IMG/VR virus record: IMGVR_UViG_3300032320_002660
Span: 1-30,820 of that record
From: a virus
Taxonomy: Duplodnaviria; Caudoviricetes
Reading direction: 5' to 3' (one strand)
DNA length: 30,820 nucleotides
A program made the translations under genes and the position numbers. The notes under the pieces were generated by a model. That model worked only from the letters and a program-made list of their open reading frames with translations. It was not told the DNA's origin and searched no databases. This document shows positions 1-8,218 of this stretch, one piece after another; position 1 is the first letter of the stretch; each line of letters begins with the position of its first letter.

Positions 1-594
1 ACTTAATCCACCATCTACATCGTCTATACCATATATATCATTTTGTGCACGTGTGTATTGATATGCACTACCATAATCTGCAAGTGGATAAACTATGTTT
101 CCACTAAATAAATTACCACTCCAACTTGCTGAAATATTATCCAAAGATGCAGTATGATTATATTTTGATACAGATGTTAAGTCAGTAAGAAAAAGTCTAT
201 TTATATCTCTTGCAAACGATGATAAACCACCAAATATTGATATCTCATATGAGTCAATAAACTTATTTGCAATTATATTTACTTTGTTTAATTGCAAATA
301 ACCGTTAGATAAGTAAAACGAACCAAAATCAAAATAACATGGCACTTTCGTATTTGTTGCAAAAAGATAAGGATTATCAATAGAGATATCATATACATGT
401 TGAAAGAATGCATTATTCTTTTTTGTACCTGGTACAGTAATCTGTCTTGTAAAATCGGCAGGCAGAACTCCTAAATCAAATAGACCTGTTGCGTTATCTG
501 AAATGAATATTTCTTCATCATCAAATAAATCTAACTGAGTATTATTATTTGCTATTATTCTAAATACAAAACCTTGTGTACTAATTACTCCCAT
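1..594 (-). CDS. Tail tip/baseplate-hub-like protein, N-terminal 198 aa (runs off the window edge)
   Basis: Not in the ORF track. ATG at 594-592 overlaps the TAA of the upstream gene (TAATG). Open to position 1: MGVISTQGFVFRII...QLDLFDDEEIFIS...DFTRQITVPGTKKNNAFF...IVYPLADYG, typical of Bacteroidota phage tail-tip proteins. Confidence 0.8.
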   Translation of the reverse strand, partial: MGVISTQGFVFRIIANNNTQLDLFDDEEIFISDNATGLFDLGVLPADFTRQITVPGTKKNNAFFQHVYDISIDNPYLFATNTKVPCYFDFGSFYLSNGYLQLNKVNIIANKFIDSYEISIFGGLSSFARDINRLFLTDLTSVSKYNHTASLDNISASWSGNLFSGNIVYPLADYGSAYQYTRAQNDIYGIDDVDGGLS

Positions 595-1757
595 TAGATG
601 ATAAGTTTGTAAGCTTGTCCGTAATTAAAATCAAATGCATATTGTATCACTTTATCTACTACACCTGTTTTGAATGTGATAGATTGTGTGTTAATAGTAA
701 TCGGTCTTAAATCTCCATCTGCTTCATCGTATATCCAATATATCTCATCAGAAACTAATAATTGTTTGAATATATCATTATAATCTTCGGAAACCCAATC
801 GGTTTGTACTGAAATTGCTTGTTTTGAATCTGAAATATAATTTAATACAGAACTATCATAACTTTGATATTGTAAACTTGTTCCCTGCCATGAGCCTAGC
901 TGCGGCTGGTACGTTCTTCTTTCAGTATTAAAAGATTGTCTACTAACCATATTAAAATTAAACCAATCAAATTGGCCGTATCTATTTTTCCATTTAATTC
1001 TTACATTAGGATACTTTTGCTCACATACTATATTAAATGTAATAGGAGACCCAATATTGACACTTCCAGTTTGTGCTTGAATTGTGTATGATGAGAAACT
1101 TCCACTCAAAGGAAACCCACTTTGTGCAACTCCTATGGGGTATTGTTGTATTTGTTGTGAAGATGTTACACTACCACTCAATGCAATAAATGCAGTTTGT
1201 GATGCAGAAGTATATTTTAATCTTGTAGGTATGGAGCCAGAATTTGCAATACCAACATAAACTCCACTCACACCTTCGTTAGTTGTAAATGCAGATTGTG
1301 TTGCAGGGCCATCTGTCATCAAAGGCCAAAATGGTGTTTTTGCAGTTATTGGTTGTCCAATTGGTTCTTGGAATATACCATAACCATCTAATATTTTATA
1401 TGAGCTAGATTTTAGATGACTACCTGTAATATAAATGCTACCTGAAAGATATTGAGTATAAAAATCAACTGCATAATATTTTACATTTGATGTGTTTGCT
1501 TCTGCTAAATCTTGTAATGTTGAATTTAATATTCTACTAAAATCAAATATACCAGTATAAGATGTATTTGGAAACTTAGATAAAACATAATCAGGCACTG
1601 ATGCAGAGTTATTTGTGCTACCAGTCCAATAATATAATTCACCTACATATTGAAATCCTGGATTTGTAATAATTGCAGTATTTTCAAACACAGAAAAAAC
1701 TATCGGTGATTGTGCTAATGAAACAATTGCAGGATTTTGAGTTATTGAAATTGACAT
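594..1757 (-). CDS. Minor tail/baseplate structural protein
   Basis: 387 aa. C-terminal 'IKWKNRYGQFDWFNF...TDWVSEDYNDIFKQLLVSDEIY' motif of phage distal-tail-like proteins; lies directly before the tail-tip gene. Confidence 0.7.
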   Translation of the reverse strand: MSISITQNPAIVSLAQSPIVFSVFENTAIITNPGFQYVGELYYWTGSTNNSASVPDYVLSKFPNTSYTGIFDFSRILNSTLQDLAEANTSNVKYYAVDFYTQYLSGSIYITGSHLKSSSYKILDGYGIFQEPIGQPITAKTPFWPLMTDGPATQSAFTTNEGVSGVYVGIANSGSIPTRLKYTSASQTAFIALSGSVTSSQQIQQYPIGVAQSGFPLSGSFSSYTIQAQTGSVNIGSPITFNIVCEQKYPNVRIKWKNRYGQFDWFNFNMVSRQSFNTERRTYQPQLGSWQGTSLQYQSYDSSVLNYISDSKQAISVQTDWVSEDYNDIFKQLLVSDEIYWIYDEADGDLRPITINTQSITFKTGVVDKVIQYAFDFNYGQAYKLII

Positions 1758-1806
1758 TCCTAATTCTTTCTTATCTAACCATGTAAATAAAAAAAGTTAG
1801 TGATGG

Positions 1807-2205
1807 TTATTTCTTTCTAAATGATTCTCTTAATTCTGTTGCAACTTGTACACCTAATGCTTTTGCATATTGTTTTATAGATGCCTTAATTTCAGGGTCT
1901 TTCATTGCTTTTGCTGCATAATCAAAGTGCTCAGGATATCTCTTTTTAATTGTTGCAGTAGTTCCTTTGCCTTTACCATACGGACTATTCCAATACTTAC
2001 CATATGTTGCACCTGGTGGAGCAAAAAAGAATTTTATATCTACATCACCTTTTGCTTTATAAGTAATCATTCTATCAGGTGTATTATATGACCTTAATGT
2101 ATTACGCAAGTTGCCAGTAGCACGAGGTGCTAAAGCAGATGCTACATTTCTAATAGATAATGCAACTTTTTTAATTTCTTGGGGATGTTTCTTAATTACA
2201 GCCAT
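1807..2205 (-). CDS. Head-tail/tail completion protein (HK97 gp10-like)
   Basis: 132 aa, basic, with 'LAPRATGNLRNTL' (AP..TG.L..S-type motif); in the head-tail gene block. Confidence 0.6.
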   Translation of the reverse strand: MAVIKKHPQEIKKVALSIRNVASALAPRATGNLRNTLRSYNTPDRMITYKAKGDVDIKFFFAPPGATYGKYWNSPYGKGKGTTATIKKRYPEHFDYAAKAMKDPEIKASIKQYAKALGVQVATELRESFRKK

Positions 2206-2743
2206 TTATGTTTGTATATGAGCTTGATGGATAAAGGTCAAACAAACATCTTGGTCTAGAGTTAGGTGTAGTTAAATTAAATACTGCAACATGTCCTGCT
2301 AAACCATTGTTAAATCGGTCTGTGAACGGTGAACAAACGATTTCTCCGTCTATGTCGAATGATTGTACTGAATACTGAGTAAACGAGGTTAAATCGTTTA
2401 TAATTGCAAGTGTGTTAGCTAGTATGTCTATTGTATCATCAACACCAAAGAATGGAATTGTTTGTGCATTAGTGATAGGATTACTTTCGTTATTCTTATT
2501 CTTAATTTTATCAGCAACTACTAATTGCACTTGATGTATAGTTGTAGAGTCAGATATTGTTGTTTGCAATATATTCACATTACCAAATAGATACATAGGA
2601 AACTCTCTATCGTCAACTTCTTGTATCTCGCCGGTAGTTACCTTTGTTATACCAGGATGATTAGTCATAATAGTTTCAAAGTAATCCAATACATTGTAGT
2701 AAAGTGTATAGTTTACTCCCTGATTATATTGTAAATAGCTCAT
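2192..2743 (-). CDS. Putative tail terminator/completion protein
   Basis: 183 aa, acidic, with 'PFTDRFNNGLAG' motif; lies after the adaptor gene. Confidence 0.55.
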   Translation of the reverse strand: MSYLQYNQGVNYTLYYNVLDYFETIMTNHPGITKVTTGEIQEVDDREFPMYLFGNVNILQTTISDSTTIHQVQLVVADKIKNKNNESNPITNAQTIPFFGVDDTIDILANTLAIINDLTSFTQYSVQSFDIDGEIVCSPFTDRFNNGLAGHVAVFNLTTPNSRPRCLFDLYPSSSYTNINGCN

Positions 2744-2749
2744 AGTTTA

Positions 2750-3268
2750 TTATAATTGAATACCACCAAAATATTGATTTGTTTGGTCTGGGTAAATCTG
2801 TGTTTGATTGCCTACTGATTGTAAGTATTGTGGTATTGAGTTTGAGTAAGATATCAAATAGTTTTGTAATCTTAAAGCATAATAGTCAGCGTTAGTTTGT
2901 GCTTGTTGCTTTAGATAATCAATTTCTGATTTAGAAGGTGCAGTTGCCTGTTCTGATGATTGTTTAACTGCTCCGTTAGATTTGAATTGTATTGAACTAA
3001 ATGGTATATACTCAACACATGTATACCAAATCAATGTTGGTTTAATATGGTCGTCTAATAAGTCTTGATATGCTATTGGTAAAGAAGCTACTGTACCTGC
3101 AATGATTTGTTCTTGTAAGTAATCGTATAAAACTGTACCTATAAGGTTTTTGATATACTTTACTTGTGCAGTATTCATAAAAGGCAATAGAGCATCTGCA
3201 TCTATCGCACCCTGTAAAGGACTATTCTTTATGATATCGTTTCTTGTTATAAAAAGTGCTGTTGCCAT
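2750..3268 (-). CDS. Putative head-tail adaptor/connector
   Basis: 172 aa immediately downstream of the portal; 'AQVKYIKNLIGTVLY...LLDDHIKPTLIW' helical adaptor-like pattern. Confidence 0.6.
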   Translation of the reverse strand: MATALFITRNDIIKNSPLQGAIDADALLPFMNTAQVKYIKNLIGTVLYDYLQEQIIAGTVASLPIAYQDLLDDHIKPTLIWYTCVEYIPFSSIQFKSNGAVKQSSEQATAPSKSEIDYLKQQAQTNADYYALRLQNYLISYSNSIPQYLQSVGNQTQIYPDQTNQYFGGIQL

Positions 3269-3273
3269 AATGG

Positions 3274-4563
3274 TTATTTATATATTTCGTATTCTTTACT
3301 TAATGATGTCGGCATTCTGAATGTTTCCTCGTCTGCTTTGTTTGGTAGTGGTTCTTCAACTGTTTGGTCTTCACCCTTATCAGTTGTTCCTGGATTTTCT
3401 AATGATTTATTAGTTTCATCTTCAACTTGTGCAACTGATTTGCCAGTTTCTTCAGCTTGTTGAGAAAGAATTACTAATGGAGTTGATTGTTCAAAGTATA
3501 ATTCCATATCACTATATCCACCTTCTCTTAATGCCATATCCAATGTATTTAAGATTAAGTTTTGGAATGGGCCTATTGTCATAGATTGCATGATACTAAA
3601 TGCAGTCATCATTTCCTCTGACTGAGAACTAAATCCGTTGTTTTGAGTTCTAATACCGAATAATAGAGGTGATGTTACTCTATGTGCAACTAAGATTCTA
3701 TCTTGTGCATATTCTGCAACATATTGGAACTTTTCGTGTAAGTTGTCGATTTGGATAACATCGATTGTCGGTTTAGTTGTAGGGTCGTCATTGAACGACA
3801 ACATAAACTTACCAGCGTTCTTAGTACCTGTAAATTTAGCATATAAAAGGTCTTCTATTGTTTGTCTTTCTTCAGGTGCAGGAACTCCACTATTCATATT
3901 CAACATTACCATTGGTAAGAAACCATTTTCGATATTGTTTAAGTGTAAGTTTGATAATTCACCTTCAACAATTGAGTATTGTATTGCAGAAACCCAATCA
4001 GGCAAACTATAATAGTATAAATTTGGACTATAATTCTTTACCCATAGTATTTCCATCTTTTCATTAGAAGTTCCAAAGGCAGGTATCTTTTTCTTATCTC
4101 TTACTTTTCTTTGGTCGTTCCAATCTACACAATAATAATAGTTTTCTATCTTTGGATTATCGTATATCTTTTCTGCACGAAGTGTTTGAATTGGAGTATG
4201 AAACATCTTAATTATCTTAGTATGTGTATCATCCCAATAAACTTGATATGCTGCATTACCAAATAATTTTAAGTCAAATGCAACTCTTTTAGTTTCCTCT
4301 TGCGGAATCATCTTTTGTAATGTCTCATTGAATGTTAAATTCTTTGAGTATAAACCTTTACCAAAAATTAAATCAGCAATACCTTCTACACATGCAGCAT
4401 TAGTTGTTGATGCGTTATACGCAACATTAACTGCGTCAAAGAAATCATCATGTCCATAAACACCGAATGGTACCCATGTATAACGAGTTTTAGTATCCTC
4501 TGTAATATAAGGAAGTTGATTATTTGTTACATTCACAATAGAAAGTTTCGTTTCTTTTTTCAT
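3274..4563 (-). CDS. Portal protein
   Basis: 429 aa with 'YYYSLPDW...NNIENGF...KFTGTKNAGKF...ILVAHRVTSPLLFGI', the signature of Bacteroidota phage portals. Confidence 0.88.
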   Translation of the reverse strand: MKKETKLSIVNVTNNQLPYITEDTKTRYTWVPFGVYGHDDFFDAVNVAYNASTTNAACVEGIADLIFGKGLYSKNLTFNETLQKMIPQEETKRVAFDLKLFGNAAYQVYWDDTHTKIIKMFHTPIQTLRAEKIYDNPKIENYYYCVDWNDQRKVRDKKKIPAFGTSNEKMEILWVKNYSPNLYYYSLPDWVSAIQYSIVEGELSNLHLNNIENGFLPMVMLNMNSGVPAPEERQTIEDLLYAKFTGTKNAGKFMLSFNDDPTTKPTIDVIQIDNLHEKFQYVAEYAQDRILVAHRVTSPLLFGIRTQNNGFSSQSEEMMTAFSIMQSMTIGPFQNLILNTLDMALREGGYSDMELYFEQSTPLVILSQQAEETGKSVAQVEDETNKSLENPGTTDKGEDQTVEEPLPNKADEETFRMPTSLSKEYEIYK

Positions 4564-4582
4564 ATTCTATTTTTTCTAAATT

Positions 4583-5683
4583 TTATGGGCAACCAGATGT
4601 GTTATTGTTTAATGTACATCCTGCTGCAAATATTCTTAATGTTCTACCGGCTGCACTTACATCTTGGAATCCACTACCTGATATATCAAATGGTAATGTT
4701 GCAGATACAACTGAGCCAGGCTGTGTTACTATTGTTAAACTACCACTCACCCTTGTTCTATAATATGTTCCATTTATATCACCACCTGAAGAACAAGCTT
4801 TTTGTTGTGCACCTGTAAAGGTATATGATTGTGGTGTACTTTGCATTGTCCATTGTGTTCCATAAGGAACTGTACATCCACTATCAGAACTCATAAATAA
4901 GTTATAATTTAGTATATTAACTGATGAAATATTGCCATCAGTCGAACCACTTATACATACATCAAATCCCATACCACCAACTTGTCTACCAAATGTAAAG
5001 AATGCACTTGGCCCTGCTGCAGTTGTAGTAGTTGTCGTAGGTGCTGCAGTCGTTGTCGAAGTAGTTGTAGTAGGTGCTGCAGTTGTAGTAGTTGTAGTTG
5101 GTGCTGCAGTTGTAGTAGTTGTAGTTGGTGCAGCGGTTGTAGTACTTGTCGTAGGTGCAGCAGTAGTTGTACTTGTAGTACTTGTAGTTGTTGTCGTAGG
5201 TGGTAATGTAGTTGTCGAAGTACTTGTAGTACTTGTAGTTGTTGTTGTAGTAGTCGTTGGTGCAGCAGTCGTAGTTGTTGAAGTACTTGTGGTACTAGTT
5301 GTTGTAGTTGTGCTAGTTGTAGTCGGTATTCTATCAATAATAATATATTCATTATCAGAAGGATTAGATATAAACTCATCATTCTGTGTTTTGTATGCCG
5401 GTTTATTTATTGATTGAGATGTAAATACTTGCACTGACCCATTATAAATTGTATCTACACCATTTGTAATAGTTGCTCTATATTCCTCGCCTACTATTGC
5501 AGTATTTATTGATGCAGTAAATGACAACATACTTTCACAATTATTATAACTTACACCTGTCAAAGATGCAGTGATATTTGTAAGTCTTGTCATATCTTGT
5601 AGAGACATAGTTACAGCAGTAGAAGTAGTTTGAGCTGTTCTAATGGTGTAATTATTCTGTCCAAATATAAAATAAGTAAGCAT
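4583..5683 (-). CDS. Virion protein with a ~104-aa mucin-like Thr tract and Cys-containing C-terminal domain
   Basis: 366 aa: a ~118-aa beta-rich N-domain, a (T)nAAP repeat tract, then a ~140-aa domain with 5 Cys; lies between the tail tube and portal genes. Confidence 0.8.
   Translation of the reverse strand: MLTYFIFGQNNYTIRTAQTTSTAVTMSLQDMTRLTNITASLTGVSYNNCESMLSFTASINTAIVGEEYRATITNGVDTIYNGSVQVFTSQSINKPAYKTQNDEFISNPSDNEYIIIDRIPTTTSTTTTTSTTSTSTTTTAAPTTTTTTTTSTTSTSTTTLPPTTTTTSTTSTTTAAPTTSTTTAAPTTTTTTAAPTTTTTTAAPTTTTSTTTAAPTTTTTTAAGPSAFFTFGRQVGGMGFDVCISGSTDGNISSVNILNYNLFMSSDSGCTVPYGTQWTMQSTPQSYTFTGAQQKACSSGGDINGTYYRTRVSGSLTIVTQPGSVVSATLPFDISGSGFQDVSAAGRTLRIFAAGCTLNNNTSGCP
5015..5326 (-). repeat. 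Coding low-complexity repeat (TTTTTAAP)n
   Basis: Imperfect tandem ACN-rich repeats with mixed ACA/ACT/ACG codons. Confidence 0.95.
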
Positions 5684-5739
5684 TATCTTGTATTAGTTTG
5701 TTCTTATCTCTAACAATGGAAATATTAAATATACTCAAT

Positions 5740-5768
5740 AAAAAACCCCACACCGAAGTGCAGGGTTA
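5740..5768 (-). terminator. Rho-independent terminator after the tail tube gene
   Basis: Minus strand AACCCTGCAC-TTCG-GTGTGGGGTT followed by a T-run; cUUCGg tetraloop. Confidence 0.85.
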
Positions 5769-5792
5769 ATATTTTTAGTAATGCTTTACTGA

Positions 5793-6341
5793 TTAGCTAT
5801 TAGTTCCGTATACAACTACTGGGTTGCCTGCAGGTAATCCTGCAAACGGATTGTTGATTGTCGAGCCAGAGATAAACGCTGCAGGTAATTGTTCAGTACC
5901 AGTCATAGTAACAGAATAACCATATAGGTCTCCCATTGCTGCTCCTGTTTGAATAGTGCCTGCTGTTAAATCTGCACCCTCATTCTCACCTACTAATAAA
6001 GCTTCTCCGTTCATTGTGTGAACTACGATTTGAGGTCTACCATAAGCCATAAGCTTTAATTGAGTAGTCATTTCGTTAGTCAATTTCTTTAAGTTAAGAG
6101 TTAACTCTTGAGAAAAGAAAGTTGTACCATTTTCACGAGAAGTGTTAACTGTCTCAGTATAAGCACTTGTTCCTTTTAACTGATAGTAGTAAACTGTACT
6201 TCCTGAAGGGAATGCAGTTACTTCACCAGTACCGTTCTTAGTGAAAGAGCCTGTTGTATAGTTTAAGAAGTATACACCGCCTAAGCCACCGATACTATCT
6301 TTACATACTTCGTTTCTTCCAGCTGATAAATTACAAGGCAT
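5793..6341 (-). CDS. Major tail (tube) protein
   Basis: 182 aa with 'CKDSIGGL...SRENGTTFFSQELTLNLKKL...TGAAMGDLYGYSVTMTGTE', the typical Bacteroidota siphophage tail-tube pattern; flanked by terminators. Confidence 0.8.
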   Translation of the reverse strand: MPCNLSAGRNEVCKDSIGGLGGVYFLNYTTGSFTKNGTGEVTAFPSGSTVYYYQLKGTSAYTETVNTSRENGTTFFSQELTLNLKKLTNEMTTQLKLMAYGRPQIVVHTMNGEALLVGENEGADLTAGTIQTGAAMGDLYGYSVTMTGTEQLPAAFISGSTINNPFAGLPAGNPVVVYGTNS

Positions 6342-6365
6342 ATTGATTAAGTTTTATTTTGTTAT

Positions 6366-6397
6366 TAAAAAGGGTGAGTGTTTCTACCCACCCTTTA
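6366..6397 (-). terminator. Rho-independent terminator after the major capsid gene
   Basis: Minus strand AAAGGGTGGGT-AGAAAC-ACTCACCCTTT followed by further Ts. Confidence 0.8.
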
Positions 6398-6409
6398 ATT
6401 ATTTTTTTA

Positions 6410-7429
6410 TTAGTAAGCTCCGTAGTATACGATGTCTTGTGCGATACCGAACTGAACAGCTGCAGTGTATCTCATAATCACTCTGTAATTTTGAGAACCA
6501 TCGATGTTAGCCATATCCAATACTTTTACCTCGTTATAATCTGAAAGCAATCCCGTGCCAAAGAATAAATTACTCTTTTGAGCTGCAACTACTTTGTTAG
6601 CAGACATACCAGGACACATTACGATATCAATACCATTGAAGTTGTATGGTTTTTCACCTACAGTCAATTGGTTGTTGTATCCGTTAGCACCTACTGAACC
6701 ACCACCTAAAGCAGTTTGATAAGCCTTAGCAACACCTGTACCTACATACAATAATAAATCTTCTTTACCATAAACTGTATCAGGGATAGAGTTTACGATA
6801 TCGTTTAATTTAGCAATTACGTTTGCAGATGTGATACTTCCAGAAATTGGTTGACCACCGATTAAAGTGCTACCAGAGAATGCAGGGATAACGCCAGTTG
6901 ATACTGTGATTGCACCTGATACTACTGTTGTTCCAGCTGCAACTGATGCAGATAATAAAGATTGGAAACCTGTGAAAGAACCATTTGTGTTAGTTCCTGC
7001 CCAGATTGCAATCTCAGTTGCTTCTGCAACTTTACCACCTGTGTAAGAAATTAAGTAGTCATTGAAATTAGCAGGGATAGTATCGAATGCACTATATCCT
7101 AATTGTAATGCCTGCCAAGAATCTACAAACTCTTGCTTACATAATTGTAAGTTAACTTGTAATTCTTTTGGAGTTAATACTTGCTCAGATAATACAACAC
7201 TACCTGAAGTTACGAAGTCACATGAAGCATCTTGTACGATACCACTAACTTCTAATTTTTGGATAATTTCTTTGAACTTCACATTTGGGTGAATCTCAAC
7301 ATATTTATTATCCAAAGTTTTTGCCGATAACAACGCAGCTGCGATGTATTGACCTGCAAACTCACCAGCGTAAGACGATGGGTTAGGGTTTGCGTAGGTT
7401 GGCAATGCAAAATTTTGATTTTTTTTCAT
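6410..7429 (-). CDS. Major capsid protein
   Basis: 339 aa with 'YAGEFAGQYIAAALLSA...LTPKELQVNLQLCK...NLFFGTGLLSDYNEVKVLDMANIDGSQNYRVIMR'; follows the scaffold gene and precedes a terminator. Confidence 0.88.
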   Translation of the reverse strand: MKKNQNFALPTYANPNPSSYAGEFAGQYIAAALLSAKTLDNKYVEIHPNVKFKEIIQKLEVSGIVQDASCDFVTSGSVVLSEQVLTPKELQVNLQLCKQEFVDSWQALQLGYSAFDTIPANFNDYLISYTGGKVAEATEIAIWAGTNTNGSFTGFQSLLSASVAAGTTVVSGAITVSTGVIPAFSGSTLIGGQPISGSITSANVIAKLNDIVNSIPDTVYGKEDLLLYVGTGVAKAYQTALGGGSVGANGYNNQLTVGEKPYNFNGIDIVMCPGMSANKVVAAQKSNLFFGTGLLSDYNEVKVLDMANIDGSQNYRVIMRYTAAVQFGIAQDIVYYGAY

Positions 7430-7456
7430 TGTTTTGATTTAATGATTTTTAATAAT

Positions 7457-8167
7457 TTATTTATAAAGTTTTGATAAGAATGAATCTTGTGCATTCATTA
7501 TTTTCTTACCATAATTTTTTCTGTTTAATTCTACTGCTGCAGACATTTTAGTTTCAACAGGTGCACCATCTAATTTCGGTAATTCCATTGCAATGTCTTC
7601 TTCTTTTTTAACTTCAGCCTTTTTGTCAACAACTTCCTCATTCATTTTAGGTTCAGCCATTTCCATCATCTTCTTTTCCATCTCTTCGATTCTGTATGCT
7701 AATTTAGCAACCATATCTTTTAATTCAATTTCAATAGATGGTTCGTCTTCAATGTCAGCAGGCATTCCGTCACCAGTTGATGGTAATGGGCCAACTTCCT
7801 CAGTTGTTTCTGCCATTTGTACATCTTCAACAGGCTTAGCTCCGTCTGCTTGTGGTATCTCTTTTACTTTTACCATATCAGCATCAGCGTCAGCTAATTC
7901 TACATTCTCTCTTTCTACAATCTTACCATCCTTAGAGATTACTTTAAGCATAGTCTCATTACCTTCTGTATCTCTTAACATTAAGTCGTGAGTTCCGTCT
8001 GGTGCAGGAGATTTTGTACCATCTTCTGATACTACGAATAGGTCTTCACCTACATCGAATGTTGCAGATTCAACAATTGTTCCGTCTGCTAACTTTGCAT
8101 AAGTTAATTCAATTTCATCTTTTGATAAAAGTGTCATTATCTTATTTAATACTTGTTTTGCGTTCAT
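7457..8167 (-). CDS. Capsid scaffolding protein
   Basis: 236 aa, very acidic, with 'LADGTIVES..F.VG...PAPDG.H' N-terminus and a coiled-coil C-terminus; directly upstream of the capsid gene. Confidence 0.7.
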   Translation of the reverse strand: MNAKQVLNKIMTLLSKDEIELTYAKLADGTIVESATFDVGEDLFVVSEDGTKSPAPDGTHDLMLRDTEGNETMLKVISKDGKIVERENVELADADADMVKVKEIPQADGAKPVEDVQMAETTEEVGPLPSTGDGMPADIEDEPSIEIELKDMVAKLAYRIEEMEKKMMEMAEPKMNEEVVDKKAEVKKEEDIAMELPKLDGAPVETKMSAAVELNRKNYGKKIMNAQDSFLSKLYK

Positions 8168-8218
8168 GTTCTTTTATTTTAGTTTTAACAATACTATTTT
8201 TAGAAATAGTTATTTTTT

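Noticed and set aside
5015-5326. Thr repeats as a CRISPR array or DGR variable region
   Set aside because: There is no constant repeat with unique spacers, no cas or reverse transcriptase gene, and no adenine-specific TR/VR pair; the repeats are in-frame coding sequence.
4932-5417. Val-rich, Cys-rich and Gln/Leu-rich ORFs overlapping the Thr tracts (also 27524-28501 and 29709-30590)
   Set aside because: These are shadow frames of ACN repeats, which lack stop codons in other frames; the Thr frame is continuous with real domains.
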